A stretch of DNA of 64,000 nucleotides, taken from the IMG/VR virus record IMGVR_UViG_3300000956_000002, positions 1-64,000 of that record; one strand, 5' to 3'. A program made the position numbers and the translations under genes. Positions 28,240 through 38,282 of the stretch are shown in pieces. The notes beneath the pieces are model-generated. The model ran no database searches, was not told the origin of the DNA, and saw only the letters and a program-made list of their open reading frames with translations. Source of the stretch: a virus. Every line of letters starts with the position of its first letter. The stretch's first letter is position 1.

Positions 28240-31200
28240 ATGGCCCAATTTCCTTTGCCGCAGCCGATTAAGATCGTGGATTCTGGTCCGCCGCCGAATG
28301 CGAATTACGCGGCGTCGAACAAACAGTATAAGGGCCATGGCAGTCCGGAGGGTGTGGTGGCGGGGATTGTGGGGGATGAGTATCTGGATTTGGACACGGG
28401 CGCTAAATGGAGCAAGATGGGGCCTGATGAAGCTCCGCCGCGACAAACAAAAGACGGTTGGCAACCAGATGGGGTTGATTTGGCGGATATTCGAGATTTT
28501 GGGGTGGCTCCAGATTCGGAAGATGACCAAGGGGATTTGATCCAAACGGCTTTGGACGCCTCGGCGGAAGAGGGTTTCGTTCTGACTGTGCCGGATGGGA
28601 TTTATCTGCACACGGCATTGACGGTTTCGGGGTTAATTCGAATCCGCGGCACTGGCAAAGGGAAGGCGATTTTCAAGGCGCGCGAAGCGTACGACAGCAC
28701 GAATGGACTTTGGACGGTGCAAGCTGGCGCCGACGTTGTTTTCGAGGACGTAGGTTTGCATGGGAACGATCAAGTGAATCGCATCCTGCGCATCAACGCT
28801 GGCGCTGACGTGGAAGTCTTGCGGTCGAAGATTTCGAATGCCTACGGTTCTGTTTCGGTATCGGCTACAGTTTGTGGAATTTTCTGCGGTGGCGGTGGAA
28901 CCTTACGTGTACTGGATTCGGTCGTTCAGGATTTGATTGCCGAACCTGATGGCGATAACACCGGGAACGTGCCTGGCACTGTTCGCGGTATTTCGATTGC
29001 CAAACAAGGGAGCGAGGATCCACCGACAGAAGTTTTGATTTCGCGATGCACGTTCAAGAATATTTTATCCGGCGACGGCGCTTCGGAGCGCAACGAGGAT
29101 TCAGATGCCATCGCGTATCAGTCGTTTGGTCAGGACACGAAAGGCAACGTAAAGGTCATCGGTAATCATTTCCATAATATCGGCAAGCGGTGGATGAAGA
29201 TTTTGAGTCCTGGTGTGATTTTCGCTGATAACGATGGGACGAATGAATCGACTTCAACGCGGCCGATGTATGCCATCGTGAGCGCAAATAGCTCCGATAT
29301 TACTGTGGCGAGGAATCACGCTGTCGGCGGCGCTGTCGGGTTATTTTGCGACGTCGGAAATCCTGGGGCGTGGGCGTGCAATAATGTTCACGTCGTCAAT
29401 AATTACTGCAAACAGAGCGAGTCTGATCCATACACTTCCGCGGAGGGATGCAGAACATTCGGTGGAACATCGGAGCTTTGCTCGGGTGTTAAAATCAGCG
29501 ACAACGATTTCATCGGGTTTCTGATTGGTGTGCATGTGAACGACGGGTCGGTTGGTGTCGTTGTCACGGACAACTACATTGAGGCCACCGAGGCGTGCGT
29601 GCATGTCTCGTGGCGGTACAATTCCGAGAATTTGTTGAACTATCCAGACCCGGATATGGTTCTGGTGCATGGGAACGTTGGGATGGCGACGACGTACGGG
29701 TTGAGGTGGAAGGGCGCAACGCAGGCGGTGTCAGGTGATAATCTTTTTGAGGCCGGCGATGCGCTCATCGTTGAAGGCGATTATGCGACGACGTTTGTTA
29801 CAGTTGAGAGGTTTAACCAGCAAATTCGTGGCGGAACGATCAAAGGGATTACGGCGCCTTTTTTGGTTGGATCGACCACAGCCACAACATACGGATCAGA
29901 GACACCTCAAGTTCAATCGATAGATACGGCCTCAAGCGGTGGGGTTGCCGGGCTCTCTGCTGAAACGCGCGATGGGACCAGAAATCGGCGAATCAGAATG
30001 ACTGTCGTTGACGGCGCGAATCCATCAACTGACCAACGAGCAGGACTTGAGACTACGCAGTCCTCGGGTGGGACAGTGCCGTTTTTTATTAAGCTTGGTG
30101 GAACTGTTCGAAAGTGGATCGACTCGATTGGGCGCCATTTCTTCTCTGATCCAACAACAGATAGCCTTGCGGTCAGTATCTCTGAGGGAACAAGCAGTCC
30201 AGAAGGGGTGAGGGTGGCGAATCCTGGTTCCATTTACATTCAGCGAGATGGATCAACTGGACGAGTCTTTTGGAGGAAAGAATCCGGCACGAGCAATACT
30301 GGATGGAGCGTTTCGAGAAACAAGGAGGATTTTCTCGATTGGGGAGCAAGTGGCGCTGGAGTTGATGATGTTTCATCGGCGTTTACGTCAGCGGTGGCCG
30401 CACGATCTCACATTGTAATTGAAAGTGGAACGTATTCTTTTGCGGATGATTACACGATTGCCGCTGGGGTTGTGTTGATAATGCGACCAGGGGCAAAATT
30501 AAAGCCAGCGAGCGGGAAGAAGATCACGATCAACGGCGAAGTGCAGGCCGGGCGGCATGAGATTTTTGATTACAGCGCCGGCGGCAAAGTGGCTTTTGGG
30601 TCATTCGCTCGAATGACTTTTATTCTGCCGGAATGGTGGGGAGCGGTTGGTGATGCTTCGACTAATAACGACACAGCATTCGGAAGGATTTACGATGCAG
30701 CGTTGGGCGCCTCTGAAAACAAGCAGACGCTTTTATTGGCTTCGTCTTATTACAATTTCGTGGCCGGGTTCACGGTCAAATCGAAAACGGCGATTAAAGG
30801 ACAAGGGCATCGTCAAACTCGTTTGCAGTTTGCGCCGACTTCGAGCGGTAGATTAATTACACTTCCGGAGGATGGGGACAACTTCACGATTGAAGGCGTC
30901 CAACTCAATTGCAATGCGTTCTCGGCTGGAGTCAGAACAACGGCCATCGGCGCCGCCGGAGACACTGACGAGATTAACACGCTTCTCGCTCGCGACGTGG
31001 TGATCTCAAATTTCAACCAATACGGTTTCAATTTCGGCTCCTGCATCTGGTCGCGATTTGAGGCTGTCGAATTTGATAGTGTTTCGAATCGTGTCGCTCT
31101 CGGGGGCACCGGAGATGGATCGGCTATCTGCATCAATTTCCGAAGCTTTTCAAACGCCATAGAGATTGGGAGCATGTGTCGCGCTGGGCAATGTGAACAA

Positions 31201-32307
31201 TTTCTCAAGACGGTGGATGCAGCGTCTCTTTCGGTTGAAAATAATTCCTTCGAACAATCCGATGCGACAATCGATGCCGTCTTAAACAAGACGAGCTTCA
31301 TTGACGTGGTTGGGAGCAACGTCCGCATCGAGAAGAATTACTTCGAGGGCATCCGGTCGGACAATCCCGGCGCCGTGATTAATATCACGTCAGCGGATTC
31401 TCCTGTCGTCTCAGAAAACCGATTGAATGGGCATCGCCCCGGAGGGAGTACGTCGGTTTCGGAGATTTTCGTAAGAATAAATGCTTCCGTAAATGGCGGC
31501 TGGGTTGCGTGCAATACGTTTCTCGGGGTGCCGGACTATTACATCCAAGTCAACGGATCGTCGCAGCCTGTATCGGCGCCGCAAAATACCTACCTCAACA
31601 ACAGTGAGGTTCCCTACACGGCGTTCTCGCAAATCGAAGCAATGATGTCTCCATCTGTGACCGACCTAACGATGTCCACGGAGATTCGTTTTTGCCGCCC
31701 CCAGGTGACGAGAATCACCAGCGCCAATACCAACGTCGCGACGGTTCAGGTATGGGAAAAGTATCGGAGCGGTGGCTCCGGTTCCGCTAATGACGGCGTT
31801 CAGGTTGTTTCAAAACTGACGAACGATGCTGGAAACAATTCCCAAACTCAGGTTGGTACGATGGGCTGGATGTATGAGAATCCGGCTGACTCGACTGAGC
31901 AGGCGAAGTTTCGTGTTCAAGTTATGAACACTGGTCAACTCGCGACCGGTTTTGAGGCGTTGTCCAAAGGGGGATTCTATACGCAAGGCCCGCCAATCTC
32001 CGACATCGTGGTTTCCGCTGTCGATGTGGTCGGAACACAAAAGAATTGGAAGTGCATCCTTACAGCGACCGGGAAAAAATACTCCTGCCCCAATCCATCC
32101 GCTGGGACACCGGCGCTGCCGGAAGGTTGGAAATGTTTTGTGAAGTTGAACATCGGCGGAGTTGGAACAGGAACAGTTGATTTCGTGAACGCCACGGATC
32201 GCATCCGGCCATCTGGAGCTTCCTCCTACAGCTTGTCGGCCGATGGGAAATACGTCGAACTCGAGTACATCGGAAACAACGACTGGATCATCATTCGCGA
32301 AGGATAA
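28240..32307 (+). CDS. tailspike/depolymerase with two beta-helix domains
   Basis: DIRDFGV..D..IQTALD..VPDGIY and PEWWGAVGD..AF pectate-lyase-like starts; GxSPEG modules. Confidence 0.82.
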   Translation: MAQFPLPQPIKIVDSGPPPNANYAASNKQYKGHGSPEGVVAGIVGDEYLDLDTGAKWSKMGPDEAPPRQTKDGWQPDGVDLADIRDFGVAPDSEDDQGDLIQTALDASAEEGFVLTVPDGIYLHTALTVSGLIRIRGTGKGKAIFKAREAYDSTNGLWTVQAGADVVFEDVGLHGNDQVNRILRINAGADVEVLRSKISNAYGSVSVSATVCGIFCGGGGTLRVLDSVVQDLIAEPDGDNTGNVPGTVRGISIAKQGSEDPPTEVLISRCTFKNILSGDGASERNEDSDAIAYQSFGQDTKGNVKVIGNHFHNIGKRWMKILSPGVIFADNDGTNESTSTRPMYAIVSANSSDITVARNHAVGGAVGLFCDVGNPGAWACNNVHVVNNYCKQSESDPYTSAEGCRTFGGTSELCSGVKISDNDFIGFLIGVHVNDGSVGVVVTDNYIEATEACVHVSWRYNSENLLNYPDPDMVLVHGNVGMATTYGLRWKGATQAVSGDNLFEAGDALIVEGDYATTFVTVERFNQQIRGGTIKGITAPFLVGSTTATTYGSETPQVQSIDTASSGGVAGLSAETRDGTRNRRIRMTVVDGANPSTDQRAGLETTQSSGGTVPFFIKLGGTVRKWIDSIGRHFFSDPTTDSLAVSISEGTSSPEGVRVANPGSIYIQRDGSTGRVFWRKESGTSNTGWSVSRNKEDFLDWGASGAGVDDVSSAFTSAVAARSHIVIESGTYSFADDYTIAAGVVLIMRPGAKLKPASGKKITINGEVQAGRHEIFDYSAGGKVAFGSFARMTFILPEWWGAVGDASTNNDTAFGRIYDAALGASENKQTLLLASSYYNFVAGFTVKSKTAIKGQGHRQTRLQFAPTSSGRLITLPEDGDNFTIEGVQLNCNAFSAGVRTTAIGAAGDTDEINTLLARDVVISNFNQYGFNFGSCIWSRFEAVEFDSVSNRVALGGTGDGSAICINFRSFSNAIEIGSMCRAGQCEQFLKTVDAASLSVENNSFEQSDATIDAVLNKTSFIDVVGSNVRIEKNYFEGIRSDNPGAVINITSADSPVVSENRLNGHRPGGSTSVSEIFVRINASVNGGWVACNTFLGVPDYYIQVNGSSQPVSAPQNTYLNNSEVPYTAFSQIEAMMSPSVTDLTMSTEIRFCRPQVTRITSANTNVATVQVWEKYRSGGSGSANDGVQVVSKLTNDAGNNSQTQVGTMGWMYENPADSTEQAKFRVQVMNTGQLATGFEALSKGGFYTQGPPISDIVVSAVDVVGTQKNWKCILTATGKKYSCPNPSAGTPALPEGWKCFVKLNIGGVGTGTVDFVNATDRIRPSGASSYSLSADGKYVELEYIGNNDWIIIREG

Positions 32308-32316
32308 TATTCGCCC

Positions 32317-32721
32317 ATGCGAAGGTCATATCGAATCCCGGAACCAGCCAACCCGCTTGATCCAGAGATCGCGCAAGCGATGGTCACGAGCCGCCTTCAG
32401 GTCCCGCCTGATGACGTTTTCGAGGCACAATTTAGCGAGGAGGACCTTGTAAAGTTCAAAGAAGCAGACCAGAAGCTACTAGGTCTTATGAGCATACAAC
32501 GTCAGTGGATTGATTGGCTGATATCTGCGGTGCAGAAACAGGATGATTCTATTCGTCAGGTTGACGCCGAGGTGGCGCGTCGAAAAATTGACCTGGCAAA
32601 ATTGAAAAGCGAAACAGAGGAACAAACAATCGTATGGCGCATTTTACGATGGATGATCCCACTGCTCGTGGGTGGCGCGCTAACTGCAATTGGCTCGCTT
32701 CTGATCAAGGGGGGTCTGTGA
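32317..32721 (+). CDS. coiled-coil protein with C-terminal TM (holin-like)
   Basis: Single C-terminal hydrophobic helix after the tail genes. Confidence 0.5.
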   Translation: MRRSYRIPEPANPLDPEIAQAMVTSRLQVPPDDVFEAQFSEEDLVKFKEADQKLLGLMSIQRQWIDWLISAVQKQDDSIRQVDAEVARRKIDLAKLKSETEEQTIVWRILRWMIPLLVGGALTAIGSLLIKGGL

Positions 32722-32856
32722 AGAAATTGCAAAAGCAATTGCAGGACGTGGTGGATCAGATCCGCAGCGAAGATCGCGACTCCAGTAAAGACGCGAAATA
32801 CAACGCCGCGCTGTGCTCTGCAATTGACTCCATTCAAAAGCGGCCGCGGAAATCGC

Positions 32857-33249
32857 ATGAAGTTTGATTCGCTACTTGCTCGCATCGATCGCCTGCCGCC
32901 TTGTTTGTGCCGGCTGCTGGCGCGTCGAAACGTCACCGGCGGGGGTTGGGCGCCGAAAAGCACGCGGGACATCGCCGCGGATGCCGGGCTGTCGAAATCA
33001 GCGGTGGCGGAATTAAGCCGACGCCGAACGTGGCGTGGAACTCCGATTGGAATGGCCGATGCGTTCGCGCGCGGGTGTGGCGTGAACCTGGCGGAGGTGG
33101 ATGCAGTGATCAAGCGACTAAGGTATCATCGGACGCGCCTGCGGCATCTCAGTAAAGGCAATGGGCATCAGCGGCGGATGATTGCGGATTTGTTGAAGCA
33201 AGTGAAAAACCAAAACCCCATGGAAAGTTCGAGCACTCTCAATGGATGA
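32857..33249 (+). CDS. HTH-like protein
   Basis: STRDIAADAGLSKSAVAELS. Confidence 0.55.
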   Translation: MKFDSLLARIDRLPPCLCRLLARRNVTGGGWAPKSTRDIAADAGLSKSAVAELSRRRTWRGTPIGMADAFARGCGVNLAEVDAVIKRLRYHRTRLRHLSKGNGHQRRMIADLLKQVKNQNPMESSSTLNG

Positions 33250-33604
33250 AACAATTCACCTCTCCAAGAATGAATCGGAGACTCCGACGCCAACGCCGCC
33301 GGGAGTTCAGACAACAAAAACTGAGACGAAGATCGAGTCGGTGGAGACTGAGATCACGCCGGCCAACGGACGACGACATCGCCATCCTGGTGAACTGATG
33401 GGGATGAGCGGGCGGTTTTGGATCGCCTTCATTGGAATGCTCGGTGTCGTTTATATCGCTGGTGTGGTAGTTCACAAATCGAAGGACGAGATCGATCCTC
33501 AAGTGTCGGCGATGATTCTCGGCGGGTTCCTTACGCTGATCGGCAACGTCGCTTCCAACTATTTTGGACAAAACACCGGGCCGACGAAGCCTAAGACTTC
33601 ATAG
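33242..33604 (+). CDS. putative holin (2 TM)
   Basis: Two TM helices ending NYFGQ. Confidence 0.6.
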   Translation: MDETIHLSKNESETPTPTPPGVQTTKTETKIESVETEITPANGRRHRHPGELMGMSGRFWIAFIGMLGVVYIAGVVVHKSKDEIDPQVSAMILGGFLTLIGNVASNYFGQNTGPTKPKTS

Positions 33605-33666
33605 TCCAATCCACGATTGACGGTCCGATGGGTGAACGTTACCGTAATTACGGAATACGGATAAGT

Positions 33667-34113
33667 ATGAAAAAATTCACCCAAATCATCGCCCTTGTAG
33701 CGCTCACCATCGGCATGCTCAGTCCCATCGGACCGGTGGCGTGTTCGAAAACAACACTGTCGGCTGACGGCGTTTACCAGGGAGACAAAACCCTTTACTC
33801 CGCCGAAAAAACGATTACCACGGCCTACAAATCCTTCGACGCGTTTTTGAAGTGGGAGGAAACCTATCGGGCGGCGCTGCCGGTGGATGTCAGCCGAGCG
33901 GCCGACACTGTTCGTTTGAACGCCAAGAAATGGATCGATAGCGCGAGCGCCATGCGTGACGCCTATGCTTCCAGCCCGACAAAGGAAAATCGGGACAAGC
34001 TGCAACTCACACTGTCGTTGATCGACACGGCGCTGGCTGAATCGTTGAAATACATGCAGGCCAACAAGTCGATTGCGCCGGCGCCGCCGAGCAATTTGCC
34101 AGTGAAGAAATAA
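33667..34113 (+). CDS. lipoprotein (possible spanin-like)
   Basis: Signal peptide ending PVA-C, helical body. Confidence 0.6.
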   Translation: MKKFTQIIALVALTIGMLSPIGPVACSKTTLSADGVYQGDKTLYSAEKTITTAYKSFDAFLKWEETYRAALPVDVSRAADTVRLNAKKWIDSASAMRDAYASSPTKENRDKLQLTLSLIDTALAESLKYMQANKSIAPAPPSNLPVKK

Positions 34114-34136
34114 TCTCAAATCTCGAAAGGAACGAT

Positions 34137-34337
34137 ATGGATCCGATCACCGTTATAACCCTCGCCTCAGCAGCGATGGCGCTCGTAAAGCAGGCTATGC
34201 CGACAATTCGTGACGCCATCAACGGCGGGCAGTTATCGGCTGAAGATGAAGCCAAGGTGCGCGCCGAATACGAATCGCTCAGGAAACAACTCGGGGGCGA
34301 ATTCACCGGCAGTCATTGGGAGTTAAGCGGGCGATAA
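34137..34337 (+). CDS. small lysis-region protein
   Basis: MDPITVITLA start, AAGGA upstream. Confidence 0.55.
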   Translation: MDPITVITLASAAMALVKQAMPTIRDAINGGQLSAEDEAKVRAEYESLRKQLGGEFTGSHWELSGR

Positions 34338-34339
34338 TT

Positions 34340-34555
34340 ATGATCGCCGCAATAACTGGAGCATCGTTACTAACGGTCATCATCTGGTTGGTGGTGGCCG
34401 GTTTGATTTACTGGATTCTCGAATGGGGGCTCTCCAAGGTTGGACTTCCTGAGCCCTTTGCGAAGATCGCCAAAGTGATTCTCGTGCTGCTGGTCGTCCT
34501 GGTGGCGGTTAATGCGTTACTGATGCTGGTTGGGCGTCCGATAATCGTTTGGTAG
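34340..34555 (+). CDS. small 2-TM membrane protein
   Basis: LIYW..LPEPFAKIAKV.. hydrophobic hairpin. Confidence 0.6.
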   Translation: MIAAITGASLLTVIIWLVVAGLIYWILEWGLSKVGLPEPFAKIAKVILVLLVVLVAVNALLMLVGRPIIVW

Positions 34556-34900
34556 TTCGAACGGAATACTGTTGGCTTCGCAGAGATTTTTGACGGCATC
34601 CTTTTCGGTGTGGCCCCACATGCAGCGTTCTGACTCTTCCATGATGCGGCAATAGCCGGCGATGATTTCAAATGGGTCATCGCTTTTGCAGTAGGAACGG
34701 TGGTCGGAATAACGTTCTTTGCCGTCGCCATCAAACGGCAGTAACATCGCCATCCATTTCGGAAACGCGCGCGTCGATTCTCCTGGGCAATTGTGCGTCC
34801 AGATGCCGTGCTTTTGCTTGAATACCTTGAGTTGAGATTTATCGCTTGGCCGCGGCGGATGATCTCGCGGCACTTCGAGGAGTAGGGGTTGGTTGCTCAT
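34517..34900 (-). CDS. hypothetical protein
   Basis: Last gene of leftward operon, ATGA-coupled. Confidence 0.55.
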   Translation of the reverse strand: MSNQPLLLEVPRDHPPRPSDKSQLKVFKQKHGIWTHNCPGESTRAFPKWMAMLLPFDGDGKERYSDHRSYCKSDDPFEIIAGYCRIMEESERCMWGHTEKDAVKNLCEANSIPFELPNDYRTPNQHQ

Positions 34901-35625
34901 TGTGATTTCCTTCGTTGAAATGGTCGCCGATTTTTTGGTTGATCACGCACCGGTATCCATTTGCAATTTGAAGGCTCGTAGTTGCCATTCACATCAACTC
35001 TTTCGATTGAATACCCAGGAGGACGCTCACCCATGTCCTGAAGGAAATTGTCGAAAGAATTTTTCCACCTATCACAGATAGCGATTCCGCGCCCGCCATA
35101 GTCTTTAAAAAATTCGTATTTGGGATTTAAGCACCGCGTTTTCATGTGACTCCAGCTAACATAGGCTGGAGATTGTTTGCTTCGACCGCGTTTGATTCTT
35201 GAGCAGCCGCACGATTTTCCGACCCCATTTTCAAGTTTTCTAAAAGACTTACTCACTTCTGCGCCGCAATCACATTTACAAATGCACGAGGGATAGCGTT
35301 GATTTATGGGAGATCGAAAAGATAAAATCGTCAAACGACCGTATCTTTTCCCGATGTAATCAGTGAATACAAACTTCGTCGTTTCGACTGGAATGTTTTT
35401 TGTCTTTTTTCGTCTCAGACACCCACAGGATTTAAAATGTCCAAAATTCAGGCGGTATCCTTTAAGTAACTTTTCTGATCCGCAGTCGCATCGACACATC
35501 CATATAGCGTCCCGTTTTTGATCTAAACCATGAAAGGAAACGACCAGTAACCTTGAGAAGCGCTTGCCTGTTAAATCCACAAAACGCGAGTGGGTTGGCT
35601 TTCTGGAATCAACGATTGTGATCAT
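34897..35625 (-). CDS. HNH-like homing endonuclease (YGGRGI family), copy 3
   Basis: Two GKRxxRL..CxCDCG..SCGC repeats; DYGGRGI; SIERVDVNGNYEPSNC. Confidence 0.82.
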   Translation of the reverse strand: MITIVDSRKPTHSRFVDLTGKRFSRLLVVSFHGLDQKRDAIWMCRCDCGSEKLLKGYRLNFGHFKSCGCLRRKKTKNIPVETTKFVFTDYIGKRYGRLTILSFRSPINQRYPSCICKCDCGAEVSKSFRKLENGVGKSCGCSRIKRGRSKQSPAYVSWSHMKTRCLNPKYEFFKDYGGRGIAICDRWKNSFDNFLQDMGERPPGYSIERVDVNGNYEPSNCKWIPVRDQPKNRRPFQRRKSQ

Positions 35626-35726
35626 AAATTAATTCCCCCGCCGAGCCGACCAGGCTGGGACCGGGACGCATTTACAGTTGAGGTCTTGGAACCATGCGTT
35701 CCGCCAAACGTTTGGGAGGGAAAGTG

Positions 35727-35906
35727 TCATTGAAATCGTTTATCCAGCGCCGACAAACCGCATGTGCATTCGCCACCTTTGCGCCGCGGACAAAAAAGCG
35801 CATGTCTCGCGTGACTTCGAACCCACGCTTCAAACCGCTCCAGGCGTCGAACTTCGCGCTGGAGATTCGCTATGATCCGGTCAACGGTTTTGGGTTCGAT
35901 GGACAT
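35727..35906 (-). CDS. small protein with HxxxC..CxCG motif (59 aa)
   Basis: Read manually (MSIEPKTVD...HALFCPRRKGGECTCGL). Confidence 0.5.
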   Translation of the reverse strand: MSIEPKTVDRIIANLQREVRRLERFEAWVRSHARHALFCPRRKGGECTCGLSALDKRFQ

Positions 35907-35908
35907 GG

Positions 35909-37384
35909 TTAATCTCCGTACGGCGTGCGGGCGTTCGATTCGTATGGAACATTCGAAACTTTGCTGGCGCTCTCGTAGCGTGTGAACGATTTCAGGAACG
36001 TGAGATTCACGTCGCCGGTTGGACCATTGCGCTGTTTGGCGATCAAGAGGTTGATCGGCACGGCTTCGATCTCCTGCGGCTCATCGGCGGCATCTTCGTC
36101 CTCTTCGCGCTGCGCTTTGTAGAGCAAGCCGACGAGATCCGCATCCTGCTCGATGGCGCCGGACTCGCGAAGGTCTGAAAGGCGTGGCTTCCGGTTTTTG
36201 TCTTTTTCGAGTTCCCGGTTGAGTTGGGCGAGGACGATCACCGGCACGTCGAGTTCTTTAGCCAGCGCCTTAATGCCGTTGGATATGATCGAGATTTCCT
36301 GCTGGCGATTGTCGAACTTTTTTCCCGTTCCTCCGTTCAAGAGTTGCAGGTAATCAATGACGAACAGTTTGATGCCATGCTGCTGATACATTCGCCGGGC
36401 CTTCGCGCGCAGTTGCATGATGGACAGGCCGGCGGTTTCATCGAGATAGATTGGGGCGTTTGCTATTTTTCCGGAGGCCCCGGTGAGTCTTGGAAAGTCG
36501 CGTTCAGCCAAAAATCCATCGCGGACGTTCCGAAGGTTGACTCTGGCGCGCGAACAGATCGTCCGAACGATCAGGGACTTGCTGGACATTTCGAGGCTGA
36601 AGATTCCAACAGGCTTTTTTTCTTCGATGGCCACGTGTTCGGCGATGTTCATGGCCAGGGCGGTCTTGCCCATCGACGGCCTACCAGCGATGACGATCAT
36701 CTCTCCGCCCTTCAAGCCGCCGGTCATTTTATCGAAGTCTGGAAATCCAGTTCCGACTCCCATCAGCGCGCCGGCATTTTGGTGATATTGCTCAATCTCG
36801 TTGATAGCCTCGTGCGTTATAGCCTTGATCGATTTATCCACTGAAACGATGCGGTCCTGGCTGATCTCCAGAATATTCCGCTCTACTTCGTCCAAGAGAG
36901 CTTCCACGTCGCCTTGGTGCTCGTAAACCTGCCCCACGGCTTGCGTGCAGGTCTGGATGACCTTCCGAAGCAGGAACTTCTCGCGCAGGATGTCGGCGTA
37001 GTACTCGAGGTTGGCAGCCGACGGGACGCAGTTCATCAGCCCGGCGATGTAAGGCATGCCGCCTAAGGCTTCCAGTTGGTTGCGATCCTTCAGGTATTGA
37101 CCGACGCCGATGGGGTCGATCAACTCGCCTTTATCCTGCATCTCTGCCAGCACGTCGAAAAGCGCCTGGTGGCGCATGTCGTAAAACATCTCGCTGCCGC
37201 GGCGCAGTTTGTCGATCGCCAGCGGCATGCAGGTCTTAGGTTCGAGCAGAATGGACCCAAGGACGCCCTGCTCGGCTTCGATGCTGTGCGGTGGCAATCT
37301 GTCCGCAACCTGAGGCATTGGTAGCGGGGATGAATCGCGGCGGCGCCGGCGGGGTTGCTCAAGCATTTGGTCGGGGTCCATCAT
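35909..37384 (-). CDS. dnaB: replicative DNA helicase
   Basis: PPHSIEAEQ, GRPSMGKT, FSLEM, IDYLQL, QLNR, SDLRESGAIEQDAD, KQRNGPTG. Confidence 0.97.
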   Translation of the reverse strand: MMDPDQMLEQPRRRRRDSSPLPMPQVADRLPPHSIEAEQGVLGSILLEPKTCMPLAIDKLRRGSEMFYDMRHQALFDVLAEMQDKGELIDPIGVGQYLKDRNQLEALGGMPYIAGLMNCVPSAANLEYYADILREKFLLRKVIQTCTQAVGQVYEHQGDVEALLDEVERNILEISQDRIVSVDKSIKAITHEAINEIEQYHQNAGALMGVGTGFPDFDKMTGGLKGGEMIVIAGRPSMGKTALAMNIAEHVAIEEKKPVGIFSLEMSSKSLIVRTICSRARVNLRNVRDGFLAERDFPRLTGASGKIANAPIYLDETAGLSIMQLRAKARRMYQQHGIKLFVIDYLQLLNGGTGKKFDNRQQEISIISNGIKALAKELDVPVIVLAQLNRELEKDKNRKPRLSDLRESGAIEQDADLVGLLYKAQREEDEDAADEPQEIEAVPINLLIAKQRNGPTGDVNLTFLKSFTRYESASKVSNVPYESNARTPYGD

Positions 37385-38282
37385 TGGATTTCCATTTGTC
37401 AGAGAGTTGAGTGTTGAGGTTTTTGATGTCTCTTTTTAAAGCTGCCCACTCTTCGCGCTTTTCCCGGTTGTGCCAGTCCCGGCCGGTTGGAGACTCGGAT
37501 GAATGGCGATTTTCGAGTTCTTTAACCCTTTTCTCCTTCGCCTCGATGATCTTTGAGATGTCGAAGGTTGACATGGGTTTCGATCCATTCGACTCAGGCC
37601 ACGCCTTGCCGGGATTGCGGTCCTCCCACTGGCATTTCTTCGACCAGGCCCCACTGGCGTAGTTGTGCCATTTACCGACAGGTTGGCCTTGCCGATCGCG
37701 ATAATTCCGCCCGACGGTCTCGTTCCAAAGGCTGTCCAAAAACTCAACGGTTGCCACCCTTGCCGGCTTTCCGACCGTGCAGTAAACAATTGCAGTAAGC
37801 GGGTTTTTAGCTTGCTCCAACGTCGGAAACCCAGGCGGAGGCTCAACATCGAAATCCCTACCCCCTGCACCCCCACCCTTCAAAGAAACTCCATCTCCAT
37901 TACCAGAAGGTGGAGAGAGCGTTACAGGGTGCGTTACAGCATTGTTTAAACGCGCTTTTTGAACACGTAAACGAGTCTGGTTACGCTTCTTCCACTCGTT
38001 ACGCATCCGGCGATTTATTAGCGTTACAACACCATCACGCTCCGTTACATCCGCTGCTCCGGTCTGGTCGAGTTCAGTGATGGCAAGGCTCAGTTCTTCC
38101 AATGTGCAACGTCCGGTCCGAGCCAAAACGGGTCGGGAGCCGGAGATTAAACCACATCGGTCGTCAAGGTGCATCGCGAACACAAACTCCAGCCAGATCG
38201 ATCGAGTAGCGTGACAACAGCGCGAGAGCTTCTCATCGCCAAGATGATCTTTCGGGAAGAATTGGAGGTAGGGAAATTTCAA
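37359..38282 (-). CDS. phage replication initiator-like protein
   Basis: KFPYLQFFPKDHLGD N-terminus, NRRM motif, directly upstream of dnaB; internal GTTACA-type repeats ~37920-38050. Confidence 0.65.
   Translation of the reverse strand: MKFPYLQFFPKDHLGDEKLSRCCHATRSIWLEFVFAMHLDDRCGLISGSRPVLARTGRCTLEELSLAITELDQTGAADVTERDGVVTLINRRMRNEWKKRNQTRLRVQKARLNNAVTHPVTLSPPSGNGDGVSLKGGGAGGRDFDVEPPPGFPTLEQAKNPLTAIVYCTVGKPARVATVEFLDSLWNETVGRNYRDRQGQPVGKWHNYASGAWSKKCQWEDRNPGKAWPESNGSKPMSTFDISKIIEAKEKRVKELENRHSSESPTGRDWHNREKREEWAALKRDIKNLNTQLSDKWKSNDGPRPNA

Noticed and set aside
28240-32307. Diversity-generating retroelement or shufflon acting on tail genes
   Set aside because: No reverse transcriptase, invertase or near-identical TR/VR repeat was visible
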